From Octopus vulgaris (Eukaryota): 64,000 bases of DNA. This document shows, piece by piece, positions 26,528 to 39,836 of the stretch (positions are counted from its first letter, which is position 1; each line of letters opens with the position of its first letter). Below the pieces are notes generated by a model. That model did not search any database. It was not told the DNA's origin and worked only from the letters and a program-made list of their open reading frames with translations. The stretch covers positions 10,788,001-10,852,000 of the forward strand of contig OX597824.1 of NCBI GenBank assembly GCA_951406725.2, read 5' to 3'. The translations under genes were made by a program, and so were the position numbers.

Positions 26528-27487
26528 ATACAATTTTTGTCTGGTTCCTAAAGAAACGTGCGGTCTTGCATTATCATGTTGGAAAACAACACCCTTCCTG
26601 TTGGCCAATTCTGGACGTTTCCCTTGAATTGCTGTTTTTAACTCGTCCAGTTGCGTGCAATATTTCTCAGAATTTATTGTCTGGTTACTTGGGAGAATCT
26701 CATAGTACAGAATTCCTTTCCAATCCCACCATACACAAAGCAAGACTTTTATAGGGTGAAGACTCGCTTTTGAGGTGGCCAAGGATAGCTCATGTCGCTT
26801 ACTCCAGGATCGCATTCTCTGAACATTTCGGTAGATAATCCATTTCTCTCATCACCTGTCACAATTTCCTTTAAAAAAGACGCGCTTTCATTCTGTTTTT
26901 AAAGCGAATCACAGATGGAAATGCGATCCAAAATGTTCTTCTCACTCAATTCATTTGGTAATCAAACATTGTAGCGATTTGTGTACCCAAGCTTTACCAG
27001 GTGCTCATGAACGACGGATTTTGATAGGTTGAGGCTTTCTGACAATTCTCAGGTTGTGCAGAGAGGGTTATTCTCAATTAATGACTTAGTTTGGTCATCA
27101 TCTGTAGTGGATGGTCTGCCTGATCGCTGTTTATCAATAAGGCTACAATCTCCAGCTCGGAACCTTGCGAACCACTTCCGTACAGTTCTTTCGGATAAAG
27201 AAACATCACCGTAAACTGCGCGTATTTCTTTGGTTGCTTGTGAGGAATTTTCCCCTTTACGGAAAAAGAAAAGCATCAAGTGCCGAAAATGAACTTTCTT
27301 ATATTCCATTTTAAAGGGTTACAGAATTAACACAGGTTATAGGAACATAAACCTTCTTCCACGAAAAGATAGCTTAAACTGTGCTCTAAATGGAAGTGTA
27401 GTCAAATCCTATTTTATGGACTCAACCATGTTCTAAAATAAGTCGAAAGATAAGCTACTATAAATCAGCACGGACTTTCCGGACAAC

Positions 27488-27491
<4 letters not shown>
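26524..27491 (-). pseudogene. mariner transposon, 3'-truncated and frameshifted
   Basis: 5' TIR TA|TTGGGTTGTCCGGAAAG; ATG at 27309 MEYKKVHFRHLMLFFF...WFARF...RSGRP; downstream [15 protein letters not shown] and FQHDNARPH; no 3' TIR. Confidence 0.92.
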
Positions 27492-27569
<78 letters not shown>

Positions 27570-27616
27570 AATGTGTATAGTTAAATATGTGTGTGTATAT
27601 ATATATATATAAATAT

Positions 27617-27806
27617 ATTTCGTTTCGTGATTTGGTTTGCAAGACTCTTTACTCGAGTCGTGTGTTGAAGCATATTTTCTTGTGTTCTGGGGAGGGTCAT
27701 TCTCTTTTTGTATCTAATTATTTAACACACTCACCGGTTCAGTTTCCACTCATTTCTTTATTTTTTTCTAAAACTTTCGTTGCGTCTTGCAACCTTTTCA
27801 ATAGTC
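27617..27806 (-). mobile_element. Penelope-like pseudo-LTR fragment with U3:A8 hammerhead copy
   Basis: Same family as 6985-7330; hammerhead fold at 27768-27804. Confidence 0.6.
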
Positions 27807-28249
27807 GTCGACTCTGTCCGTTATTTACACTGCGTTCCTTTTTGTTGTTTGTGCGTATGCGTGTACGCACGTACACGTATGTATGTGTGTGTGTGTGTGT
27901 GTGTGCATCTATGTGTGTGTATATGCATATATATATGTATGCATGTGTGTACGTTTATATGTATGTATTCTGCATATTCATGTTTGTGTGGTCGTGTTTG
28001 TTTTTATGCCTGTGTGTGTGTGTGTGTGTGTGTACCTTTGGCTTCTTGTGTGTGGGTTTTTATGACTACGTACGTGCGTCTGTTATGTATGGATGTGTGT
28101 CTTCATATGTGCCTTTGTGTGAAATGTGCGTGTGTGTTTGGCCATGTGTTTCAGTGTCTTCATATGTGTTTGTATGTGCGCTTGTCTATTCCTATTACCA
28201 ATGTACCTATCTATCTGTAAGTCTGTTTACATTCATATCCATTTACCTC

Positions 28250-28283
<34 letters not shown>

Positions 28284-28409
28284 CACGCACGCACATACAT
28301 TAATATTCTAGTTAAGACCAACTCTAGTAACGGTAATACAGAAACCAAGAGAAATAGAGATCATGGCGCATGTATGTGTGTGAGTGTCTTTCCGCGTTAG
28401 GTATCACCC

Positions 28410-28798
28410 TTTTACCCTTTTACTTGTTTCAGTCATTTGACTGCGGCCATGCTGGAGCACCGCCTTTAATCGAGCAACTCGACCCCGGGACTTATTCTTT
28501 TGTAAGCCCAGTACTTATTCTATCGGTCTCTTTTGCCGAACCGCTAAGTAACGGGGACGTAAACACACCAGCATCAGTTGTCAAGCAATGCTAGGGGGAC
28601 AAACACACACATATATATATATATATATATACATATATACGACAGGCTTCTTTCAGTTTCCGTCTACCAAATCCACTCACAAGGCTTTGGTCGGCCCGAG
28701 GCTATAGTAGAAGACACTTGCCCAAGGTGCCACGCAGTGGGACTGAACCCGGAACCATGTGGTTGGTTAGCAAGCTACTTACCACACAGCCACTCCTG
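28410..28798 (-). mobile_element. SINE family A, full length
   Basis: Family consensus in reverse. Confidence 0.9.
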
Positions 28799-29764
28799 TG
28801 TGTCAATACGAAATTTTATTTTCATTTTTATAACAATATAACGTTTCATAGACATAATCTTTCTATTGTCAGCAGGGCTTTTCATTCCACAACGACAAGA
28901 TCACATTTTGTATATGACTGTGTAACTGTCTGTGAGTGATGTGTGTAAGTGTATGAGTGTGTATATGTCTCATACTGTGTTAGGTACGTTATTAAAAACA
29001 CACACATCTACACATACATATGTAACGGTACGTTATTAAACACACACACACACACACACACACGCACATCTACACATATATATACAAATGTGACGACTGA
29101 CATGCGTGAATATATGTCTGTGTGTGTCTATCTTGCTATAGTCTCTGTTTATTTCATCATGTTCCTATCTGTTGAAGAGCGTAGGCTCGAAACGTTTTGT
29201 ATGTGGTATGAGAGAATTTTACTTACGCAATTTAATTTTAATTCTAAATTAATACGTTGTCAAACCGGCAAAAGCTACTGCAATAAATTATTCTATGCAG
29301 TATTATTTCCGGTAATCTAGCGTGCCAAAACGAGGCCTTTTGAAAAATAACCACAAGTGCAATAGGTAGAACAGCATACATATTCGACTCGTGCGGACGT
29401 CTGGTGTGTAGTTCTGCAAATTATATTTGTATGGACGATCATACTGAAGATCTACAGACAAATTGCGTGAGTAAAATTACGTAATGTTAATAGTGAAACA
29501 TTGTTTATGATTAATCTATATTTTTGTTACTTTTCATTTGTCTTGCTTCAAAATTTTCCCCGAAAATTTTTCAAAACATCAGATTGTTTAATTTACGAGT
29601 AATTCACTTTATAAACCAAAAATGAAAGCAATCTGAGCAAAATTAAGTGGGGCCCATTTTGTGAATGAAAAAGACTAGCTCCATATGTAAGTGTGAATAT
29701 ACATTCATATACATATATGTACAGACAGATACTTACATATACATACACTTATATACACACATAT

Positions 29765-30061
29765 GTATTTTTTATGTGCCCTTTTCAAGCCTAGCCAGGC
29801 TCATGGGCCCAGTTTCCTGGTTTCTGTAGTGTATGTGTTCCCCCCAGCTGGACGGGACGCCAGTCCATCACAGCGTTACTCAAGAAACAGGAAGAGAAAG
29901 TTGAGTACAACAGGGGTCGCCACCCCAACCCCCTGCTGGAGCCTCATGGAGCTTTAGGTGTTTTTGTTCAATAAACACACACAACGCCTGGTCTGGGAAT
30001 CAAAACCGTGATCCTCCGACCGCGAGTCCGCTGCCCCAACCACTGGGCCATTGCGCCTCCA
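29765..30061 (-). mobile_element. SINE with family C head and a different 3' body
   Basis: Head matches 15377; the 3' part differs. Confidence 0.75.
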
Positions 30062-30214
30062 CACACACACACATGTATGTATGTATGCGTATATGTATAT
30101 ATATATATATCAATAATAAAAGGGTAAAATCAATTAATTATTAATTAATTTCACCAAGTAGTGTTCAGTATGTAAAAGGACCATTCAAGGTATATTCAAA
30201 ATATTACGTTATAT

Positions 30215-30340
30215 AATTAGGGCTCAGTAAAATAATTTACTTTACCACATACAGAAACTTAGAAATAGCAGCCAAAAGGTTTTTGGCTGCTATTTCTAAA
30301 AGTTTCAGTATGCGGTAAATTATTTTACTGAGCCCTAATT
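30215..30340. repeat. Fold-back palindrome
   Basis: AATTAGGGCTCAGTAAAATAATTTAC...GCAGCCAAAA / TTTTGGCTGC...GTAAATTATTTTACTGAGCCCTAATT. Confidence 0.85.
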
Positions 30341-30356
30341 TTATATATATATATAG

Positions 30357-30577
30357 GGCCGATGCCAGACCCGTCTGGCACCTGTGCAGGTGGCACGTAA
30401 AAAGCACCCACTACACTCGCGGAGTGGTTGGCATTAGGAAGGGCATCCAGCTGTAGAAACACTGCCAGATCAGACTGGAGCCTGGAGCAGCCTCCTGGCT
30501 CCCCAGACCCCGGTCGAACCGTCCAACCCGTGCTAGCGCGGAAAACGGACGTTAAACGACGATGATGATGATGATGA
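30357..30577 (+). mobile_element. Retroposon 3' part, family D, (GAT)n tail
   Basis: GGTTGGCATTAGGAAGGGCATCCAGCTGTAGAAA...GGACGTTAAACGACGATGATG; other copies at 39061, 48397 and 63764. Confidence 0.8.
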
Positions 30578-30983
30578 TACACACACACATATTGCGCACC
30601 TGTCATATATGTACACACCACACCCACAATATAAGAATGCACTTTGATCCGAAGAGGCCCACCTTAATGTAATCAACAACAGGTATTGCGTAACTTTTCC
30701 CATCGACTCATTTCCATGCAGCAACATTCAAGGCGGAGTGGCATCAAAACAATTGAAACAAGTAAATAAATCTGCACCATGGGCGGACAGGTACTATGCA
30801 CACTCCACCCGTTTTCGCTGGGGGGGGGGGGGGTTTGGTTGTTTTTTTATTTTATTTTATGCAGATTCCGATTGTGATGAAAAAAATTTTAAGTAGGCTT
30901 TACCAAATATGTGTGTGTATATATATATAGAAACATATAGATATATATAGATATAGATAATGGGAAGGTTTACGAAAATAGAC

Positions 30984-31142
30984 CAGGAGTGGCTGTGTGG
31001 TAAGTAGCTTGCTAACCAGCCACATGGTTCCGGGTTCAGTCCCACTGCGTGGCATCTTGGGCAAGTGTCTTCTACTATAGCCCCGGGCCAACCAATGCCT
31101 TGTGAGTGGATTTGGTAGACGGAAACTGAAAGAAGCCTGTCG

Positions 31143-31179
<37 letters not shown>

Positions 31180-31370
31180 CTGTGTTTGTTCCCCTAGCAT
31201 TGCTTGACAACCGATGCTGGTGTGTTTACGTCCCCGTTACTTAGTGGTTCGGCAAACAAGACCGATAGAATAAGTACTGGGCTTACAAAGAATAAGTCCC
31301 AGGGTCGATTTGCTCGACTAAAGGCGGTGCTCCAGCATGGCCGCAGTCAAATGACTGAAACAAGTAAAAG
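30984..31370 (+). mobile_element. SINE family A, full length
   Basis: Family consensus. Confidence 0.9.
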
Positions 31371-31438
31371 ACGAAGGCAGGTGGAGTACAAACAAACAAA
31401 TGTATTAGTATGGCACTCAGGAATAGAAATAGAACAAG

Positions 31439-31476
31439 TCTTTTACGTTTCGAGTCTATGCTCTTCGTCAGAAAGA
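31439..31476 (-). ncRNA. Candidate type I minimal hammerhead ribozyme, canonical core
   Basis: Minus strand TCTTT-CTGACGA-A-GAG(CATAGA)CTC-GAA-ACGT-A-AAAGA; decayed relative on plus strand at 29169-29196. Confidence 0.75.
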
Positions 31477-31599
31477 TACATGGAAAGGAAACAAGGAGAG
31501 AAATAAATGCGTGTAGGAGCTAACGGTCTATCATATAGATAGATAGATATATGCGTGCATATATAAGCATATGCATTTGTATGTATATATGTCTGTGTG

Positions 31600-32473
31600 T
31601 ATAATATGTGTGATGGGTAAATTGTCGCCATTTTATATTTTTAGTTTTGCGCATGTGCATTGTTTGTTTTTAATTTTTTCAGCACAGTATCGTAGGTTAT
31701 GTTGGGCACCGTCTCTAAGAACAACAGCACCATGGCACAATTCACTCTGCCAGAAATTTGAAAACGACATTCTGTAACTGCTTAGCATTTGCCCCAGAAA
31801 CTCCAATGCAAACATTTCAGAGTGTCTGGGTGTCAATCTGAGGACATGTACCGAGAGTGATAAAAATCAAACATCCAGTCAACACCATGGTGTTTGGAAT
31901 GATCACTAGGGATGGTGATGTTATGCCTCCATTCATCTTCCCACACACCCTCACACTCAGCATGGGGGCCTACATCAAATGCTTGGAGGAGGTAGTGCTG
32001 CCCTGGGTCAAGAGGGTGGCTGCTGGAAGACCCCCCATGTCTGGCAACAGGACTCTGCACCATGCCACACAAGCAGGAGAACCCAGTCATGGCTGTCAGA
32101 CAATTTCTGCGACCACATCACCCCTAACATCTGGCCACCTAACTTCCCAGACTGCAACACCCTTCATTATTATGTGTGGGGCACAGTTGAGGAAGAAACT
32201 AACAAAACTCTTTGTAACACCAAAGTTGAACTGGAAGCAAGGATTATGGAAGCATTCACCAACTTAAACAAAGAGACCATACACAAGAGTTGCAGGAGAT
32301 TCTGAAGTCGTCCGGAGGCCATGGTTGAAGCCAATGGCAATTTTATTGAATAGATTTACTCTTTAGTATTTCAAGATATTTTTATGTAATTTTGGTAAAT
32401 ATATCTGTTAAAATTAGATGTTAGTGTTATTTTCAGTTTTGCATAATTTAGACAATTTATTCACTGCACCCTG
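31600..32473 (+). pseudogene. maT/DD37D-type Tc1/mariner transposon remnant
   Basis: HPVNTMVFGMIT...WQQDSAPCH...WPPNFPDCNTLHYYVWG; 37 residues lie between the second D and the third catalytic position (now H); right TIR ...CACTGCACCCTG|TA. Confidence 0.8.
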
Positions 32474-33159
32474 TATATGGTTTCTTTTCCAGTGAAGAGA
32501 ATCTACACCAGAGTTATGTACCTTGCCAAGAAGTTCCATATGACAGCATTTATCTGCATAAATTTTTTGACTACTTAAATGTTTAATCAGTAATAATTAT
32601 GTCATTAGCTCTGATCAATAACAGGACTTATTTTTATACTTCATTCCATTTATCCTACCTTCAGTGAAAGCCATTTAACTTATCAAACACAGCTGTTCCC
32701 TGGTTTCACACCTCAAAATCTTGCCAATACAGATCGTACAATGTGTGGACATGGTAATGAATCTCATAGTTTACTTTTTCTTCTTTGCCTTTCATCAGTT
32801 CTCTCTTATCTAGACACACCTAAGTTTCTGTTCAGAGAATCAAATCAAATAAATGTACACAGAGAAACAGAGAAATACTAATGATAATTTACCATGACAT
32901 GATAAAAGTTACTATAAATTTGTAAAGGCAAAAGCACACTTTGCAACCATGCAGTTTGGAGTTCAGTCCCACTGCACAGCCTCTTTGGTAGATAGAAATC
33001 GTGTGCAAGCCCTTTGTGTGTGTGTGTGTGTGTGTGTCTTTGTACCCCACTCCAATCCACCACTTAACAACCGGTGTTAGTTTGTTTACATCCCCATAAC
33101 TTAATGGTTCAGCAAAAGTGACTGATAGAATAAATACCAGACTTAGAAAAGTAAGTACT

Positions 33160-33546
33160 TGCATCCCCAAAGTCCATCCCCTCCTCACCGTGGTGGGGTG
33201 CTGGCAACGGGTAGTGTCAGAGCTATGCCACCGGGAACTTCGGTTCCTGATAGGGCCACCCAAGGCAGATTGGTCTGACACCGAGTGGTATTAGGGCCAC
33301 AACCCGGCAGACCTGGTGAAAATCCTCAGAGTGTCTGTTTCGGCAACCAGCGGCTTTTGGTCATTCTGTCCCTGCATCTGCGGACAATCTGCGACAAACA
33401 GGATGTCTCTACATGTGGGATTGTTGGGGACCGCTTGGGAAATTCATATTCCCACGAAACTTCTTCCACTGCCAGGGTTCGAGATGCCTCGATGGTGGTA
33501 GAAGAAGCCGACTCAACCCACCCAGGGTGAATGTCGCCACAAGTAC
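33160..33546 (+). mobile_element. Short internally deleted RTE-like retroelement with 11-bp TSD
   Basis: TSD AAGTAAGTACT at 33149-33159 and 33547-33557, inside a SINE-A tail; RTE-like 5' motif GAGCTATGCC...GATAGGGCCACCC; CAAGTA-type tail. Confidence 0.7.
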
Positions 33547-33732
33547 AAGTAAGTACTAGGGCCAGCTTGTTCAACTAAAAACACGGCATGACTACAGTTC
33601 AATGACCGAAACAAGACAAAAGAAAAGGGAACTCGTCTCCCCTCATGGCACACAACCTTACCTTATTTTACAAGCAAATTTACTTTGCTTAGGAAATCAA
33701 GACTCGCTAACAGCAGCAATGTTTGAATGCCA

Positions 33733-33947
33733 TGTGCAAGCCCTTTGTGTGTGTGTATGTGTGTCATTGTCCCCCACTCCAATCCACCACTTAACAACCA
33801 GTGTTAGTTTGTTTACATTCCCATAACTTAGTGGTTCAGCAAAAGTGACTGATAGAATAAAAACCAGACTTAGAAAAGTAAGTACTTGCATCCCCAAAGT
33901 CCATCCCCTCCTCACCGTGGTGGGGTGCTGGCAACGGGTAGTGTCAG
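33733..33947 (+). repeat. Local direct duplicate of ~33003-33220
   Basis: SINE tail plus the first ~60 nt of the RTE-like insert are repeated. Confidence 0.9.
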
Positions 33948-35521
33948 CACTACAACAAACACTTTATACAACAAACACAATCAAAATAAAAAACAATACA
34001 GACAAAAAAAAAAAAAAGAGACAAATTACTATTGAATAATGTATTTAGAAAAAATTATATAATTGATGTGTGACAGAAGCACCTTTTCACAACCAGAGTA
34101 TCCTTTGGGAGCTGATGTTTTGAAACTGGGTTTTACTTCACCAAAGGCCATAATTTATACAGAAAATGTCTATTTGGGATATTTACTGTTGTGTATTTAA
34201 ACTGTTTAATGTTTAGTCCTTGTTTCATAGTTGAACAAAAAGTCAAGAAATAATTTTCCTTTTTCTTTTACAAATGAGGTGGGTTTGTTCCTTTTTCTTC
34301 TCTGAATGAAAGCTAGGAAGAAGTGGAAGGGGTTGAAAACGATAAAATGGATGTGTGTTTGCGTGCGTGTATGTGTGTGTGTTTGTGTGTGTGTGTGGTC
34401 CCTGTTAAAAGGGTTTGAAAAAAAAATGGAAGATGGATGTGCATGGTGTCTGCTGTATTAAAATGAATAACTGCTTGTTATTTGTATAATAGCACCATTA
34501 TGAAAATGCGTTGTTTTGTTTACTGTAAGGGGTCAAGTAACTGGACCTTCAGTACGTTGTTGTTGTTGTTGTTAATGGGAAGAATGAAAGGCTAAGCTGA
34601 TTAACTGAAATTAAAAGTAAGGTAGAGAGAGTAGCAGGGAAGAAGATACTTCACAGCATTTTCTCCATTTTGCCACAAAAATCTTCCAGTAATGTCTCAA
34701 CTAAAATGTATTTAATATAAAAAAACGAAACTATACATATAAAAGTAACACACATAGTGTGTATTTTATATATATGTGTGTGTACATATATATATACACA
34801 CACATATATATGTGTGCATATACACACACATGTACATGTGTATGTATAAATAGAAATGTAAATAATTTGACAGCAATAAATACAAATGAAAATAAAGTTA
34901 TAGAAGAGTTACTGAACTCTACAAACAACAAACACTGAAATTGTAGAATTTCAGGGAAAAAATGTTAGAACTTTGGTGTCTCTTGTTTGAGTAAAAATCA
35001 CTGACAACAAAGAAATGAGTAAAAAATGGTTGTTTTAATTATTTACAAGGCAAATTTGATAAAATATTTGTTTCATTCAGTATTTCTTGTTCTTAAAGTG
35101 ACAAGAAAATATTTTGGAATGATAAAAATTTTTTTTCTATATTCTGTTTTTCTCTTTTTTCTTTTTGTGTGCATCTATGAAATTTTGATGTTAATTTCTT
35201 ATTAACAACTTTTCTAATGGATGGATAATTTAATCATTCTGTGGAATGTTTTATTATATTTAAATTGGTAATAATTATTATTAAATTTTCACATTTATGT
35301 TCTTTAGAGACATTCAATAAAGTTTGACAAAATACTTTACACTACACATCAAAACATTTTAATGAGGGTGAAATTCAATTTTAAAAAATGCGAAGGCTGA
35401 ACTGTGGGGTGTGTATGTGTGTATGTGTTTATGGTTGCAAATAAAACTGGAAAATGGAAGCCATATTGAACACAGAAGCAACCATGATATGTGGAAGCAA
35501 AATGCTTCACTACTGCCTCAT

Positions 35522-35953
35522 TCAGTGACTATTTTTGTAGATCACTATTTGCAAAAAAGACAGAAAAAAGTTTCTCAGCATCGTTTGTACTTCACTTGGA
35601 ACATTTCTGCCCAGCTTTTGCTCAATGAGATTGACTAAGGCAGCAGCCACCTCAGTCTGATCACTGCCCATTGTAATATCCGGTTCAGTAGGAGATGTAT
35701 TCACAGCCTTATCATCCATTGAAACAGCAGCTGTAGCTGTGGCTACATCAACAGAAGATGAAATAGCTTCTGTGCCAGGAAGAGGAGACTCTGGAAACAA
35801 AATTGGGGATGTACTGATATCTCTGGTAGAGAGTTTATTTCCGGGTGTCACAGACATCTTTGAAGTAAGTCCAGCCATTTTCTGTTCAGTTTCCTGGATG
35901 GCTTGACTCAACAATGCCAAGATCTCTTGGGAGCTTTGTTCTGGGTTTGACAT
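35522..35953 (-). CDS. Terminal coding exon of MAPKBP1/WDR62-like gene
   Basis: tgccag|ATG phase 0; MSNPEQSSQEILALLSQAIQETEQKM...ALVNLIEQKL...*. Family call rests on recalled resemblance to the C-terminal helices only. Confidence 0.75.
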   Translation of the reverse strand: MSNPEQSSQEILALLSQAIQETEQKMAGLTSKMSVTPGNKLSTRDISTSPILFPESPLPGTEAISSSVDVATATAAVSMDDKAVNTSPTEPDITMGSDQTEVAAALVNLIEQKLGRNVPSEVQTMLRNFFLSFLQIVIYKNSH

Positions 35954-36868
35954 CTGGCAAAATAAATACAATAGAATCAAAAGTTTAATATAAGTCAGAG
36001 CTATACAATAATTTGGTTTATTCTCAGTGATATAACACAAGGATATAACATGATCTAAGCTATATAATCTTCATAAAAAATAAGTTGGAGTTAACAGAAT
36101 CATATGGAAATTATACATCCTTTGTCCACCAGTATCTACAGTGTATGCCACCCATGGCAGCCCTTGGATTTGCTAGTCTCCCTCCTGATCCATGCGAGTC
36201 AAAAGAACAGGAATTGGAGAGGGTACTTGGCGGTGATATTCAAGAACATCTTGGATGGTGTGGTTCAATAGAGATCCTCCTGTATCAGGGATATCACATC
36301 ATTATCACCCCACTTTTTTTTTTATACAATTGTAAACTATGTATACTTTTGCTTTCACTTTTACTATATCCAGTATAAACCTTTTATTTTTTTTTATCAT
36401 TCCACTCTATGTAAAATCCCTACACTTTATGTCTCTACACTGACCCCCTCATCCATCACCCTGGTGGCATATAAAAGAAATTATTATTATTATTATTAGA
36501 GAGTACTGGTTTCTTTATATTTTAATCCATAAAAGTGCAAATGTACGATATAAGAATTTCAATGCGATGGGGGAGATAACTCTTCAATAAAACTTCGTCA
36601 TAAAGTCTGATTGTAAAGAATTGTCGTTCGGCCGGTTTCACTGAGTGGAACAGTTCAAAGGTATTCAAGTGATTACAATGGAAATAGAATTTTGAGGCCT
36701 TCATCAAAAAGAGGAATCAACCCCCTTGTACATCTAACAAAGAAATTGCTGTTGAAGATATCGTCTCTCCATCTACAAACTTTAATATTAAATAATAAAT
36801 TCAGAGTTAAAAGCAATAATGATAACATTTATGATGATGATGATGATGCCAACCATAATTTAACTGAC

Positions 36869-36948
36869 CTTTTCATACATCAATGACAATTTATCAACAT
36901 CCAGTTTCAAATCTTTTATGACATTCTTGCAAGCCTCCAGTTTATCAG
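36869..36948 (-). CDS. Internal exon, coiled-coil-like
   Basis: tttcag|...|gtcagt, phase 1 to 0; DKLEACKNVIKDLKLDVDKLSLMYEK. Confidence 0.8.
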
Positions 36949-37161
36949 CTGAAATTATAGAAATAAAAAAGTTACAGTAGGACCAAAATGTATGAGTGGT
37001 TACAAGATAGGAGATTGGGGTTCAAATCCCATTTCAGAAATATTTTTCTACCCTCCAAACCCCTTAAAAAAAAAGTTATAAACGACTGAACAAGTTATCT
37101 TGTCCCTTTGAATTTCCTTCGCCCCCATGAGTTATCACTGTATACCTTCCTATTTTAACTA

Positions 37162-37664
37162 CTGTAATCCTCGAGTATAATCCGCATTTTTTTTCCGCAA
37201 ATTTAAAGGTCAAAATCCCAAGTGCATACTATATACGAGGTTAAAAATGAAAATTATTTTCTAAGCAATGTCCGAGTCTCTATTTGCTCCAGCAATGTTT
37301 ATTCAGATGCATTTTGTGATGTCGAGTGCGAAAATACCTTAAGCTAAGCCTGAAAGCAATGCAGTCATAAAATAATCATCCATAATTTGCAGTAAGCAAC
37401 ATTTATTAAACGTTATTACTTTATATTTTCTGCAAACAAAATGCACAAAAAAGCTACACGTTTGCATTATGTCATATATACAATAATAATAAAGGACGTT
37501 ACCGTATGCATTTTTACAAACCAAGGATGTTATATAGACCTCCTTGACTCAAGTTAGAGAAGGGGTGTGTATTATACACAAGGTTTAGGCTTTTCAGAGG
37601 TACAGCTCCCCAAAAATTCCCTGAGTATCATACTTAAGGGCGGACTATACTCGAGGATTTACGG
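37162..37664. mobile_element. Tc1/mariner-superfamily (pogo/Tc2-like) MITE
   Basis: TA|CTGTAATCCTCGAGTATAATCCGC ... GCGGACTATACTCGAGGATTTACGG|TA. Confidence 0.85.
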
Positions 37665-39060
37665 TACCTAAATATGGAGCATTTTTTTTAATTAAGCATA
37701 GAAAGGGAGATTATTAAAATCAATCAACCAAATCTCCCTCAATTCACACACAGCCATCTTTAGAAAAAAAACTCAAAAAACTGAGAAGGTACATTTCTGG
37801 ATAATGTAGTCCAACATACACTGTGCCTGAAAAGAGAAGGAATGGTTATGGCTGACCTGAGGTTCTAAGACAACAAAATGTATAATGTTTCTGTAATTTA
37901 CAGTCAAAACTCTAGGACCCAAATCAGTGCAACCTCATTAAACATAACTGCTAATGACTGAGCTGTTGTTCTTTCTGTTTAGTCAGAGGTCAGTCAGGAT
38001 GAATAGATCTATGAGCAATGAGATTCCAGCTTTAATTATTCTGTATTCTCTCTTTCATACATCATATATAGAACCATATTATCCAGTGGTGGTTGTGGTA
38101 TGAAGCAGATGAGACTGTTGTTTCTAGTGGGTCCATGTAGCCATGTACAAACATCTACATGCTAGCATAAGGAAGGACATACAAAAGTACACTTGTTTTA
38201 ACAAACCCATTCAAAGCACCAGCATTTGCAAACTCATTCAACCCTGCAAGTATAGGTAATAAGTCAATGTTAAACAGAATAAAGGGGTTTTTACATCCCA
38301 TTTTTCTGTAATAGAACCAGGGCTAGAAATAGCCTGGAAGTTCAAATATTTGCCTGAATTGCTCATGAAAGTCTCCCCTCCTACACTGACCCTTCAACTA
38401 GAATGTAGGCTTTGTACTCTTTTCCTTTTTTAATCCCACCAGCTTGACTGTATCTAAGACTAGTGTACCATGCTGCAAGATCACACTGCAATAGCTTAAA
38501 TCAAATGATGTGGATAATATTGGTTGCAATAAAATTCTATTTTAAACAGTTACAATAAATATCTAATTGCTGTGCCACATTCTTAATTTTTTTAAAAATT
38601 AAGAAAATGATAAAAGAAGAATGTAAATTGAATAGGTTACTGGAATCAGGAGGTTTTGGTTTATTCAAGTAAACTTCTGTCTACAAATTAAGGAAAGATT
38701 TTTCCCCCTATTTCAATAAGGACACATGGATGCTATATTGATAACATTTCTCTAAGACAGCTTATAACTTACTCGTGGAACTTTCCAAATGTTAAATAAG
38801 TAATTATGGTTAATCCTCTTAATTGCATTATTGAACCTACAGACTCAGTCTTAATCTGGTGATTCAAGGAAGAAGAATTACAACAGAATGCATTTCACTT
38901 TCTGCATTCTTTTACCAAACAGAAAAAAACTTACAAGGTCACAAAACATCCACAATTTTATTGTGCCACTACAACCTATAGTAGAGAATTACATATCACA
39001 TTACAGTACTGAACACAATACCATATGAACATGGATGTTGACAAAGAAGTGTCTTGTTTC

Positions 39061-39268
39061 ATCATCATCATCATCATTTAACGTCCGCTTTCCATGCTAG
39101 CATGGGTTGGATGATTTGACTGAGGACTGGCGAACCAGATGGCTGCACCAGGCTCCAATCTTGATCTGGCAGAGTTTCTACAGCTGGGTGCCCTTCCTAA
39201 CGCCAACCACTCCGAGAGTGTAGTGGGTGCTTTTACGTGCCACCAGCACGAGGGCCAGTCAGGCGGTA
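39061..39268 (-). mobile_element. Retroposon family D 3' part
   Basis: Reverse of the 30357-30577 family. Confidence 0.8.
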
Positions 39269-39836
39269 TAATGCATAAGCAGTGACAAGATACAAACCAC
39301 CAACTTACAGCAATTTGCCTGGTCGTACCTTTCTCATGAACTAAATGCAGTATATATTTTAAAGAGTGATGTGTGTGTTCAACACATCATCATTTTACAT
39401 CCACTTTCCCATGATCACATGGATCAGATTTTCTCTGGCTGGATGCCCTTCCTGTTGCCAACCCTTACCTGTTTACAGGCAAAGTAATATTTCCCCTATT
39501 GCCAGGCATGTTTTTCATGGAAGACTGGAAACAACCTCACTTATATGACAGTGATGCTCATTTACAACCGTCACATGATGTACAAGACAAGGGTACACAC
39601 ACAGGCTTCTTTCAGTTTCTGTGTACCAAATCACACACAAGGCTTTGGTCAGTGAGAGGTGATAGCAGAAGACACTTGCTCAAGGTGTCATGCAGTGGGA
39701 CTGAACCCAAGGCCACATGGTTGGGAAGCAGGTCACACCTGTGCCATGATGATGATGATGTGTATGGGTCCAACATTCAATCTGTAACATACCTGAATTG
39801 AAGGTAGTAATTAAGTTCAGAATATTGAACATTGTC

